A model generated the notes under the pieces. That model saw only the letters and a program-made list of their open reading frames with translations. It made no database searches and was not told the origin of the DNA. Both the position numbers and the translations under genes were made by a program. From Candidatus Entotheonellaceae bacterium (lineage in GTDB: Bacteria > Tectomicrobia > Entotheonellia > Entotheonellales > Entotheonellaceae): DNA of 64,000 bases. Below are positions 1 to 9,012 of the stretch, piece by piece. The stretch is from positions 2,432,001-2,496,000 of the forward strand of contig OZ250173.1 of assembly GCA_965238075.1 (NCBI GenBank). The letters are read 5' to 3'. Position 1 is the stretch's first letter. Every line of letters begins with the position of its first letter.

Positions 1-636
1 CCGCAGGCCGCTGAGGGCGCGCTCCACCGCCGGTTCTCCGGGGAAACCGCGTACCGAGAAAGCCTGCCGAAGATGCTGGTACATGGCCTCGCTTTCCGCC
101 ACGGAAGCGAGCGGCGGCGCGGGCGGCGTGGCGGGGGCATGGCGGGGCTGCGAGATTTCGTAACACACGACCGCCACCGCCTGGGCCAAGTTGAGCGACG
201 GCGCCTCGGGGGAAGTGGGGATTGCTACCAAGTCGTGACAAGCGTCGAGTTCCGCGGTGGTCAGCCCGGCGTCTTCCGGGCCGAATACCAGGCCGACCCG
301 ATACGGCTGGCACAGCGCCGGCAGTTTGTCGCCGAGTAGCCGAGGCGTCAGCGGCATGTTGCGGTGCTGGCGCTGGCGCGCCGACGTGCCGGCCAGCCAA
401 TGACACGTCGCGGTAGCGGCGGCCAGGGTGTCGTGAACCGCCGCCTCCTCCAGCAGGTCTCGCGCGCCGCTGGCCATCATGCGCGCTTCCGGGTGGGGGA
501 ATCGCTCGGGGGCCACGAGCACTAGGCGGCCGAAGCCCATATTGCGCATCACGCGCGCCACCGACCCGATATTACCCGGACTTTGTGGACGCACAAGAAT
601 GATGCTGACGTGGGCTTTATTGAGGGCGGGACTCAT
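1..636 (-). CDS. trmJ: SPOUT RNA methyltransferase, TrmJ/LasT family (3' end runs off the window)
   Basis: Not in the ORF track. Manual translation from ATG at 636 gives MSPALNKAHVSIILVRPQSPGNIGSVARVMRNMGF...VFGPEDAGLT...PSLNLAQAV, which are TrmJ motifs. Confidence 0.85.
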   Translation of the reverse strand, partial: MSPALNKAHVSIILVRPQSPGNIGSVARVMRNMGFGRLVLVAPERFPHPEARMMASGARDLLEEAAVHDTLAAATATCHWLAGTSARQRQHRNMPLTPRLLGDKLPALCQPYRVGLVFGPEDAGLTTAELDACHDLVAIPTSPEAPSLNLAQAVAVVCYEISQPRHAPATPPAPPLASVAESEAMYQHLRQAFSVRGFPGEPAVERALSGLR

Positions 637-684
637 TCGCGGCGTGCTCCCTACGAGCCGTTCCTGGCGTTGCCGGAAGCGCGG

Positions 685-2217
685 TTAGCCGATCAGGGTC
701 TTGGGTGCGATGCGGTACTTCTTCAACTTGTAGCCGAGTTGCCTGGGGGTGATGCCAAGTAGCATGGCGGCCCGCGTCTGCACACCGCCGCTCGTCTGCA
801 GGGCCTCGACGAGCCGTTCGCGCTCGATCTCGGCCACCGCCTTGGGAAGCGTCGATGAACGGGTTTCGGGAGAGGGCGCCGGGGTTTCGGCTACCGCAGC
901 CAGCGGAGGCGGGCTCAGGCTCATTGAAAGCGGCACGTCCTCGGGCGCCACGATATCCCGGCGGGTCATCACGACCATGCGCTCAACGCAATTTTCCAAC
1001 TCTCGAACGTTGCCGGGCCAGTCGTACTCGACGATCAGGTCCATGGCGGCGGACGAAATTTTCAGGTGCTTGCGATTCTCCGCGTTGAAGCGCACCAGGA
1101 AATAGCCCACCAGAGAGGGAATGTCTTCACGCCGCTCGCGCAATGAGGGCAGCACGATGGGCACGACGTGCAGGCGGTAGTAGAGGTCTTCGCGGAAGTG
1201 CCGGTGGCGCACGGCCTCTTCCAGATCGACGTTCGTGGCGGCGATGATGCGTACGTCGACCGAGATCGGGCGATGGCCGCCGACGCGCTCGAAGTTGCGC
1301 TCTTGCAGGACGCGCAGCAGCTTCACCTGCATCGCCAAGCTCATGTCGCCGATTTCGTCGAGGAACAAAGTGCCGTTATCCGCAAGCTCGAAACGGCCGC
1401 GCCGCGTTTTGATCGCCCCGGTGAAGGCGCCTTTTTCGTGCCCGAACAGTTCGCTCTCCAACAACGTTTCCGGCAACGCGGCGCAGTTGAGCTTGACGAA
1501 CGGCTGCTGGCGCCGCGCACTCAGCTTGTGCAACGCGCGGGCGACCAGTTCCTTGCCGGTGCCGCTCTCGCCGCGCAGCAGGATGGTCGAACGACTGCTG
1601 GCCGCCTGCTGAATCTCGTGCATGATGGCCTTCATACGGGCGCTGTGGCCGACGATCTGATCCGGGTTGTAGCTGGCGGAGAGCCCGGCAGCGGCGTCGC
1701 TGGTGACGTCGGGCTGCGCCTTGAGGCGTTCTTGCAGGCTGGCCGTTTGCAGGTGACAGCCAAGAACGGTGCCGACGACGTTCAGACACGTCAGAGCGGT
1801 TCCCAGCGGCACGGGCGGCTGTTTGAGGCAGAAAAAAACCATGACGCCGATGGCCTGCTGCACGCCCGTCAAAGGCGTGGACAGGACCATCCCCTCGGAC
1901 GTTCGGCCTGGCCGGGAGCCGGGAAGCACCGTGTGGCGGGCAGTGGCTTCGCCGTGGGCCTCAACGCCATCAACGAGTTCCCGCCCCATTTGAATGATTT
2001 GTCTCTGATCATCCCCGCAAGCCCACTCGTGCTGCCGTTTGGGCGAGGCGTCGGACAAGACGATGGCGCCGCCGCGGGCGCCCAGCACCTCGGTCAGCGT
2101 GTGCAGAGCGCGGTCGAGGGTGGTGAATGCGTTGCGGCTGCTGCGCACCAGATGCGCGATCTGTTCGAGTCGTTGCATGGGCCCGTTGAGCGGTTCAGAG
2201 CCAGCCGATTTTGCCAT
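685..2217 (-). CDS. Sigma-54-dependent enhancer-binding regulator (GAF-like + AAA+ + Fis HTH, NifA-like architecture)
   Basis: Walker A GESGTGKE, ESELFGHEKGAFTGA, LFLDEIG, WPGNVREL and a C-terminal HTH. GGGGAGG RBS before ATG 2217. Confidence 0.9.
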   Translation of the reverse strand: MAKSAGSEPLNGPMQRLEQIAHLVRSSRNAFTTLDRALHTLTEVLGARGGAIVLSDASPKRQHEWACGDDQRQIIQMGRELVDGVEAHGEATARHTVLPGSRPGRTSEGMVLSTPLTGVQQAIGVMVFFCLKQPPVPLGTALTCLNVVGTVLGCHLQTASLQERLKAQPDVTSDAAAGLSASYNPDQIVGHSARMKAIMHEIQQAASSRSTILLRGESGTGKELVARALHKLSARRQQPFVKLNCAALPETLLESELFGHEKGAFTGAIKTRRGRFELADNGTLFLDEIGDMSLAMQVKLLRVLQERNFERVGGHRPISVDVRIIAATNVDLEEAVRHRHFREDLYYRLHVVPIVLPSLRERREDIPSLVGYFLVRFNAENRKHLKISSAAMDLIVEYDWPGNVRELENCVERMVVMTRRDIVAPEDVPLSMSLSPPPLAAVAETPAPSPETRSSTLPKAVAEIERERLVEALQTSGGVQTRAAMLLGITPRQLGYKLKKYRIAPKTLIG

Positions 2218-2337
2218 TCTGTTAACCTCCCCCGGCAGAAGGTTCTTCAATACTGTACGCCCAATGGCATACACGTTGTTAGGGTGGAGGTCAAGCGCCG
2301 CGGGCGGTTTTCGCGTGTCGGCCCTTGTTGCATTTGC

Positions 2338-2352
2338 GCGGCAATCGTGCCA
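2338..2352 (-). promoter_or_regulatory. Possible sigma-54 (-24/-12) promoter upstream of the enhancer-binding protein gene
   Basis: Minus strand reads TGGCACGATTGCCGC, which has GG-N10-GC spacing and a TGGCAC -24 box. The -12 box is imperfect. Confidence 0.35.
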
Positions 2353-2398
2353 CGGTCGGTTCCGGCGAAATGATACCCCGTGAGTCTGTGGAGCGAGT

Positions 2399-3127
2399 AT
2401 GCGGAACTACGATGCGGTATTTTTCGATGCGGCGAATACCCTCCTGTATCCCTATCCATCCGTGGGCGCCGTCTACGCCGAGGTGGCCGCGCGGTATGGC
2501 GTAACGACGACGGCTGATGCCGTGCAGGCGGCCTTCCGCCGGTCGTGGGCCGAGGCCAACGCGGCCGCCGATAGCGACCCGGTGCGCTACGGTGTCGGCG
2601 AACCCGACGGGCGCCGTTTCTGGCACGCCTTGGTGCACGCTACTTTTGCGAAGATCGAGCTGCCCAAGGATTTCGAGGCGTTCTTCGATGAGTTGTACTG
2701 GCTCTTTTCGCAACCGACCGTCTGGCGGCTTTACCCGGAATGCCTCGCGGTGCTTCAAACCCTGCGCCAGCGGGGGTACACCGTCGGCGTTATTTCCAAC
2801 TGGGACATCCGGCTGCTAGACCTGTTGCATGGCCTGGGGCTGATGGCCTGTGTGCAGCACGTCAACATCTCCGCCGTGGTCGGTTGGGAGAAGCCGCACG
2901 GCAATATTTTCGCGCACGCCCTCGACGCCATTGGCGTGGCTCCCGTGCGCGCCGTGCATGTTGGGGATAGCCTGCACGCCGACGTGCACGGCGCGCGGCA
3001 AGCCGGCATGCAGCCGCTGTGGCTGCGACGGGACGACGATGCGCACCGCGATGGTGTGTCCGGAGATGATGAGGTGATTCACGACCTCAATGGCGTCCTC
3101 GATTGGCTGGCGAAGCATGACGCGTAG
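2399..3127 (+). CDS. HAD-IA family hydrolase (REG-2/HDHD3-like)
   Basis: Motifs FFDAANTL, VISNWD, EKP and HVGDS..D. Confidence 0.85.
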   Translation: MRNYDAVFFDAANTLLYPYPSVGAVYAEVAARYGVTTTADAVQAAFRRSWAEANAAADSDPVRYGVGEPDGRRFWHALVHATFAKIELPKDFEAFFDELYWLFSQPTVWRLYPECLAVLQTLRQRGYTVGVISNWDIRLLDLLHGLGLMACVQHVNISAVVGWEKPHGNIFAHALDAIGVAPVRAVHVGDSLHADVHGARQAGMQPLWLRRDDDAHRDGVSGDDEVIHDLNGVLDWLAKHDA

Positions 3128-3312
3128 CATGCGTTATCCACTGTCCACCGAACTTGCGGCCAGTTGCGCCGCCCAATGCCCCAAAGCGTGATTCCGGCAC
3201 GTTGCGCCATCCAGCGCCTGTTTGGTATTGTTACCGCACTTTCCGCATCCGCATTTGAACGCATCGGCAATGGGCTGTTTGGCTCGACGGACAGCACTGT
3301 TAGGAGTTACGT

Positions 3313-4503
3313 ATGGCTAAGACGCAGCAAGATTTTCTTGTCGCGGCGCGGCAGGAAATCCCGGAAGTGAGCGTGCAGGAGGTGCAGGAACGCGGCCAGC
3401 CCGGTGACGACTTTGTGCTCCTGGACGTACGCGAGAACGACGAGGTGCGCGCCGGCTACATCGACGGGGCGGTCGCCATTCCGCGCGGGTTTCTCGAATT
3501 TCAAGTGGCCAGCAAGGTGCCGCAGACCGACAAGGAAATAATCGTTTACTGTGCGGGTGGCGCTCGCTCGCTGCTGGCGGCTCAGGTGCTGCGCTCAATG
3601 GGGTATGAAAACGTGTCGTCGATGGCCGGCGGCGTTACCCGCTGGAAGGATGCCGGGTTTCCCGTTCAGCGGGACCGGCAGCTCAGTGCGGAGCAGCTCG
3701 AGCGCTACAGCCGGCATTTCCTATTGTCCCAGATCGGCGAAAAGGGACAGGGGAAACTCCTGGACGCCAAGGTCCTGCTGGTTGGCGCCGGCGGCCTCGG
3801 TTCGCCCGCCGCGCTGTATCTCGCCGCCGCGGGTGTCGGCACGCTCGGCCTGGTGGATGCCGACGTGGTGGATCTGTCCAACCTGCAGCGCCAGGTGCTG
3901 CACAGCAACGACCGCATCGGCATGCCCAAAACCGAGTCGGGCAAGATTGCCATCAACGCGATCAACCCGGACGTCAACGTGCAGGCCCACAACATGCGAC
4001 TGACGACCGATAACGTCCTGGACCTGTTCGCCGAGTACGACATCATCGTCGATGGCTGCGACAACTTCCCGACGCGGTATCTGGTCAACGACGCCGCGGT
4101 GTTGGCGCGCAAGCCCGTGGTGCACGGCAGTATTTTCCAGTTTGAGGGACAGGCGAGCGTGTTCAAGCCACCTGAAGGGCCGTGCTATCGTTGCCTGTTT
4201 CCCACGCCGCCGCCGCCGGGGCTGGTGCCCTCGTGAAGCGAGGCCGGCGTCCTGGGAGTTTTGCCCGGGGTCATTGGTGTGGTGCAGGCGACGGAAACCG
4301 TGAAGCTCATCGTCGGACAGGGAGAACCCCTGGTCGGCCGCCTGCTGATGTACGACTCGTTGGCTATGACGTTCCGCGAAATCCGCCTGCGGCGCGATCC
4401 GAATTGCCCGCTGTGCGGCGACAACCCTACCATCACGGAGTTGGTCAATTACGAGGAGCTTTGTGGTCTTGCCGCTCCGGAACCGGTGGGTGTGGGTGGT
4501 TAA
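3313..4503 (+). CDS. moeB: Rhodanese + ThiF/MoeB E1-like adenylyltransferase/sulfurtransferase (MoeZ-type), 396 aa with in-frame TGA at codon 308, probably selenocysteine
   Basis: Rhodanese loop CAGGARS, RYSRH, GAGGLG, SNLQRQ, PCYRC, then PS-[TGA 4234-4236]-SEAGVLGVLPG continuing in the same frame to CPLC and TAA at 4503. ORFs 3313..4236 and 4261..4503 are in the same frame. Confidence 0.88.
4249..4271 (+). promoter_or_regulatory. Bacterial SECIS-like hairpin downstream of the in-frame TGA
   Basis: CCUGGG (4251-4256) pairs with CCCGGG (4264-4269). An A-U closing pair gives an apical loop GUUU whose first G lies 21 nt after the UGA. Folded by eye. Confidence 0.55.
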
Positions 4504-4517
4504 GACGTACTGTTGAA

Positions 4518-4569
4518 CCAAAGGAAAGGGCCGGCGTGGGAAGTTACCCACGCCGGCCCTTTCCTTTGG
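4518..4569. terminator. Perfect 23-bp inverted repeat between convergent genes, likely a bidirectional terminator
   Basis: CCAAAGGAAAGGGCCGGCGTGGG-AAGTTA-CCCACGCCGGCCCTTTCCTTTGG. Confidence 0.75.
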
Positions 4570-4591
4570 CGCCGAGAACGTCCGTCTTCGG

Positions 4592-4942
4592 CTATTGCCA
4601 CGTTCCTTTCACGCAGCGCCCGCAGACCGCATTCGTCGATCCGTCCGGTTTGTGAATCGTCAGTCCGGTGGCGTCGCAGCCGATGCCGCAGAGGAAGCCG
4701 CCACCGAAGCCAACGCACATGAGGCACTCGGTGTCACCCTTGCCGAGTTCGTGGTTGTTGTCCAGCCACTCCTGGAAAATATCGCTCGTGTCGGGTTTCT
4801 GCTCTTTTTCCTGAGTCGCTGCCGGAACGGCCGCGGGTTCATCCTTCGGCGTCTCCTCAGCGTGGCCGCTGATCGCTAAAGCGCCGGCAATGGCAACGGC
4901 CAGGGCAACCTGCACCAAAACGGTGTACAGTTTCCTTTTCAT
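4592..4942 (-). CDS. Small secreted protein with a six-cysteine C-terminal domain
   Basis: Signal peptide MKRKLYTVLVQVALAVAIAGALAISGHA, an acidic linker, then CLMC...CGIGC...CGRC. Confidence 0.7.
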   Translation of the reverse strand: MKRKLYTVLVQVALAVAIAGALAISGHAEETPKDEPAAVPAATQEKEQKPDTSDIFQEWLDNNHELGKGDTECLMCVGFGGGFLCGIGCDATGLTIHKPDGSTNAVCGRCVKGTWQ

Positions 4943-5168
4943 CTTCACACCTGTTAACCAACGATTGTTCGTGTACCCGTAGGCGGTTGCCGAACGGGCG
5001 GTCCACCGCATTGTCCGCCATCCGAAACGCTCACGCCAACGATATTATTTCTCGCCGTCCGGTTGGCCCTTGACAGGCCGCGGGGCTTCTGGCTAGATGC
5101 GCCGCCGGTTCGCACGGCTGGGCGATTTGTTACCAACCCGTACCGATTTGCTTAAGGAGTTCGCACGC

Positions 5169-6272
5169 ATGCGCGCAAAGGCCGCCATTCTCTACGAAGC
5201 TGGTACGCCCTTACGGTTTGAAGAAGTCGAAGTCGCCCCGCCGCAAGCCGGTGAGGTGCTGGTGCGGTTGTACGCCGGTGGCGTGTGCCACAGCGACCTG
5301 CACGTCATGAAGGGCGATCTGCTGATGCCCATGCCGATCATCCTCGGGCACGAGGGGTCGGGCGTGATCGAGGACGTCGGCGCGGGCGTCAAATCGGTGC
5401 AGCCCGGCGACCACGTCATTCCCATCTGGCGGGTTTCCTGCGGCACGTGCGAGTACTGCACCGGCGGGCGACCGGCGCTGTGCGACGTGGGCACCGAGAT
5501 GCGCGTCACCGGGCTGATGGAAGACGGCACGACGCGCTTTTCCGCGGCGGGCCAGCCGGTGCGGCACTTCGCGGGAGTGTCGAGTTTTTCCGAGTTGTCC
5601 ACCATGCCAGAAGCCGCGGTGCTCAAGATTCCCAAGGATTTTCCGCTGGATAAGGCGGCATTGCTGGGTTGTGGCGTGATAACCGGGGTCGGGGCCGTGG
5701 CGAACGGCGCGCGAGTCAAGATGGGCAGCACAGTGGCGGTATTCGGCTGCGGCGGCATCGGGCTGAACGCCGTGCAGGGCGCCCGCATCGTCGGGGCCCG
5801 GCGTATCATCGCGGTCGACGTGGCCGAGCAGAAGCTGGAATACGCCCGCACCATGGGCGCGACGCACACCGTTAACGCTGCCGACGTGGACGCCGTCGCT
5901 GCCATCAAGGATCTCACCGACGGGCGCGGCGTGGATTATGCGTTCGAGGCCATCGGCATCACCAAAACGATCGAGCAAGCGTACGCGGCTACGAAGAAAA
6001 TGGGCACCTGTGTGGTCATCGGTGTCACCCGCGCCGATGTGCGGGTCAGCATCAACGCCAACGAGATGGTGTATGCCGAGAAGACACTGATGGGCTCGCT
6101 GTACGGCTCGGCGCGGCCCAAGATCGATCTGCTGCACCTGATGGAGATGTACCGCTCGGGCGACCTGTTGCTGGATGAGCTGCTCACCCGCACCTGGCCG
6201 CTGGCGGAAATCAACGACGCCTACGCGGCGCTCGAACGCGGCGAGGTGGCGCGCAGCCTGGTGCTGGCATGA
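5169..6272 (+). CDS. Zn-dependent alcohol dehydrogenase (MDR family)
   Basis: CHSD, GHEG, structural Zn motif CGTCEYC..C and GCGGIG. AAGGAG RBS. Confidence 0.9.
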   Translation: MRAKAAILYEAGTPLRFEEVEVAPPQAGEVLVRLYAGGVCHSDLHVMKGDLLMPMPIILGHEGSGVIEDVGAGVKSVQPGDHVIPIWRVSCGTCEYCTGGRPALCDVGTEMRVTGLMEDGTTRFSAAGQPVRHFAGVSSFSELSTMPEAAVLKIPKDFPLDKAALLGCGVITGVGAVANGARVKMGSTVAVFGCGGIGLNAVQGARIVGARRIIAVDVAEQKLEYARTMGATHTVNAADVDAVAAIKDLTDGRGVDYAFEAIGITKTIEQAYAATKKMGTCVVIGVTRADVRVSINANEMVYAEKTLMGSLYGSARPKIDLLHLMEMYRSGDLLLDELLTRTWPLAEINDAYAALERGEVARSLVLA

Positions 6273-7978
6273 ACCGCGCCACCATAGCCCGCCGAGGAAA
6301 CCCATCTGCCATGCCCGCCGAGATGCGACAAACGATGCGCCAACGCCTGCTGGCTGAACGCGGCGCGGTGGTGAAGGAAGCGGGCGCCGTGCGCCTGCGC
6401 TTCGCGTTGGCGTATCCGCACACCTACCATATCGGCATGTCAAACCTGGGCCTGCAGACGATCTACCGGCTGGTCAACCAGCGCCCGGACACCCTGTGCG
6501 AGCGTGTCTTTCTGCCTGATCCCGCCGACATCAGCCGCCACGGCTATGCCAACGTACCGTTGGTTTCCGTCGAATCGCAGCGGCCCGTCCGTGATTTTCA
6601 CCTGGTTGGTTTTTCGGTGTCGTACGAGAACGATTACCTGCATCTGCTGCACATGCTGGCGATGCTCCGCATTCCGCTGCTGGCCGCCGAGCGCGATGAG
6701 CGCCACCCACTGATCCTCCTCGGCGGCGCCGTCACCTACCTCAACCCGGAGCCCTTGGCGGATTTCGTCGATCTGATGATCATCGGAGATGGCGAGGACG
6801 CGCTCAACGAGTACCTGGACTTGGCGCACGACACCCTTGGCCAGCCGCGCCGCGCCCACCTGCGCCAGGCGGCGGAAATTCCCGGTGTCTACGTTCCGGC
6901 CCTGCACGACCGGTCCGGGGACGTCAGCCCCATACCGCCGCGCAAAATCGCCGATCTGGCCCAATGGCCGGCGTATTCCACCGTTCTCACCGACGAGACC
7001 GAATTCAGCGGCTCGCTGCTTATCGAGATTACGCGCGGATGCCCCTTCAAGTGCCGATTCTGCACGGTTGGCTACGTCTATCCCAAGTTTCGCCAACTGC
7101 CGGGTGAAATGGTTCTGGACATCGTGACCGCCCAGCAGCGGCGCGACCGCGATAACGGCCTGGCACCGGTCGGAAAGGTGGGTTTGATCAGTTCCGCCAC
7201 CGGTGATTACCGCGCCCTGCCTATGGTGGCGCAGGGGCTGGTGGACATGGGCGTAGGTATCGGCATCTCGTCACTGCGCATGGACCGCATGCCCGACGTG
7301 CTGATTGATTGCATGGTGCGCAGCGGCGTCCGCTCCTGCACCGTCGCCCCCGAGGCGGGTTCCGAGCGTCTGCGGCAGCTCATCCGCAAGGAAATGAGCG
7401 AGGCGGTCATTCTCGAGGGCGTGGAACGCCTGCTGGCCCACGGCGTGCGCGACCTCAAGCTCTATTCCATGATCGGCCTGCCCACCGAAACCGACGATGA
7501 CGTGCAGGAATTGCTGGCCCTGGTCTTGAAGATCTGGGCGCTCATGAAAAGCTACGGCCGTCCCCGCGGCGCCTTGGGAACCCTGACCCTGAGCGTCAAT
7601 CCGTTCATCCCCAAACCCGCCACGCCCCTGCAATGGTGCGCCATGGCCCCCCAGCGCGACGTCAAGGCGAAACTTCACACCCTGCGCCAGGCCCTGCGCC
7701 GTGAATCCTCCATCCGCCTCCAGCACGGCAGTCTCAAAGACGATTACCTCGAAGCCATCCTCGCCCGCGGCGACCGCCAGCTCGGCGCCTTCCTCCTCGA
7801 AACCCATCGTCAACGCGGCAACTGGCCCCGCGCCGCCAAGGTCCTCGGCTTCGACGCCATCGACTGGGTCTGCCAACCGTTGTCTCGTGACGCCATCCTG
7901 CCCTGGGATTTTCTGGAAACCGACCGCCAACGCCAGCGCCTGCACCGTGAGCACGACCGTGCCCTGGCCGTGCCGTAG
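6269..7978 (+). CDS. Radical SAM protein with N-terminal B12-binding-like region (start uncertain, 6269 or 6311)
   Basis: GMSNLG, TRGCPFKCRFC (CxxxCxxC), APEAGSERLR, MIGLPTET and PFIPKPATP. Confidence 0.85.
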   Translation: MNRATIARRGNPSAMPAEMRQTMRQRLLAERGAVVKEAGAVRLRFALAYPHTYHIGMSNLGLQTIYRLVNQRPDTLCERVFLPDPADISRHGYANVPLVSVESQRPVRDFHLVGFSVSYENDYLHLLHMLAMLRIPLLAAERDERHPLILLGGAVTYLNPEPLADFVDLMIIGDGEDALNEYLDLAHDTLGQPRRAHLRQAAEIPGVYVPALHDRSGDVSPIPPRKIADLAQWPAYSTVLTDETEFSGSLLIEITRGCPFKCRFCTVGYVYPKFRQLPGEMVLDIVTAQQRRDRDNGLAPVGKVGLISSATGDYRALPMVAQGLVDMGVGIGISSLRMDRMPDVLIDCMVRSGVRSCTVAPEAGSERLRQLIRKEMSEAVILEGVERLLAHGVRDLKLYSMIGLPTETDDDVQELLALVLKIWALMKSYGRPRGALGTLTLSVNPFIPKPATPLQWCAMAPQRDVKAKLHTLRQALRRESSIRLQHGSLKDDYLEAILARGDRQLGAFLLETHRQRGNWPRAAKVLGFDAIDWVCQPLSRDAILPWDFLETDRQRQRLHREHDRALAVP

Positions 7979-8062
7979 CAGGAGGGAGGCTGTAGCACAA
8001 GCTCCCTTACGTGGGTGCAATAAGGCTGCAAGCTGTCGTCGGACGGCTTCGGAGGGCTAAGG

Positions 8063-8845
8063 ATGAAGCACAGCGTGCTGAAGCCGCCCAAGTCGCTCGC
8101 GGCCACGATCGCATTCCTCACCTGTTTGACGATCGCGCATGTGCTCTCGGCGCCAAGCGCTGTCGGCACCGAATCGCTCCAGGCGGCGCGTAGCGCACAC
8201 GCCGAGGGCCGATTTACCGAAGCCGCCGAACTCGCCGTGGCGGTCGGCACTTCCGAAGGATTTGCGCTGGCAGCCGGGGCGCTGGCGATCCATAGCTACT
8301 ACATCGCCGAAGACGACGCCAAGCCGGCTTTGCTTGAGCGGGCCATGCGGTTGGCACAGGAAGCGGTCCGCCTCGACACCAACAATCCCGAGGCCCATCT
8401 CCAATCAGCACACGCCATGGGCCGATACGCGCAGACCATCGGATTGTTGAAAGCCTTCAGTCAAGGCTATGCGGGAAGGGCGCGAGAGGCAATCGACAAT
8501 GCCCTCCGGCTCGATCCGCACAGGGTGGCCGCGAACCTGATGTTGGCCATGTGGCATAAGGACATCGTCGCCAGCGGATTGGCGGCCAGATTGGCTTATG
8601 GGTCGACCAAAGAGAAGGCCGTCGAACACTACGAGCAGGCCCTTGAGATTGCGGCCGGCGCACCCGATGAGAAGGTGGTGCTCGTTGAATACGCCGAGTG
8701 CCTGTTGCGCTTGTATCGCAGCCGGCACCACAAGCGGGCACGTGAGTTGCTCGTGCGGGCGATCGGAGTACCGTCGAAGGACGCGTTCGAGCGTATTCTC
8801 CATCAAAGGGCCGTCGAACAGTTGGCGGCTCTGGAAGCGCCTTAA
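8063..8845 (+). CDS. Secreted helical-repeat (TPR-like) hypothetical protein
   Basis: N-terminal signal-like hydrophobic stretch and TPR-like segments AVRLDTNNPEAHL and ALRLDPHRVAANL. Confidence 0.65.
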   Translation: MKHSVLKPPKSLAATIAFLTCLTIAHVLSAPSAVGTESLQAARSAHAEGRFTEAAELAVAVGTSEGFALAAGALAIHSYYIAEDDAKPALLERAMRLAQEAVRLDTNNPEAHLQSAHAMGRYAQTIGLLKAFSQGYAGRAREAIDNALRLDPHRVAANLMLAMWHKDIVASGLAARLAYGSTKEKAVEHYEQALEIAAGAPDEKVVLVEYAECLLRLYRSRHHKRARELLVRAIGVPSKDAFERILHQRAVEQLAALEAP

Positions 8846-8919
8846 ATCAGGAGCCTTGGATCGTTCAAACCATGTGTTGCGTTGCTGTCAGTGTTCCATT
8901 AAGTTGCTTTGGCGTCTCG

Positions 8920-9012
8920 CATGAATGCCCGCCGGTCCAGCATAAGATCGCCATCAGGCTCGTAGACGTTTTCGGCAATGACACCGAGACAGTCGCGGAG
9001 GTGACAGCATGA
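8920..9012 (+). pseudogene. Remnant 3' end of a site-specific DNA methyltransferase gene (type III Mod-like C-terminus)
   Basis: Reads HECPPVQHKIAIRLVDVFGNDTETVAEVTA-TGA, resembling the KIAVKVVDIFGNDT tail I recall for such methyltransferases. The stop overlaps the next ATG (ATGA 9009-9012). Confidence 0.55.

Noticed and set aside
685-2217. Calling the regulator nifA
   Set aside because: There are no nif genes in the window, and the architecture is shared by many enhancer-binding proteins.
4261-4503. Separate 80-aa ORF
   Set aside because: It is the in-frame C-terminus of the MoeB-type gene after the TGA codon.
4592-7978. Cys-rich peptide plus radical SAM as a RiPP (sactipeptide/ranthipeptide) cluster
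   Set aside because: The peptide has a Sec-type signal, the radical SAM lacks a SPASM/RRE domain and belongs to a widespread family, and no transporter or peptidase is present.
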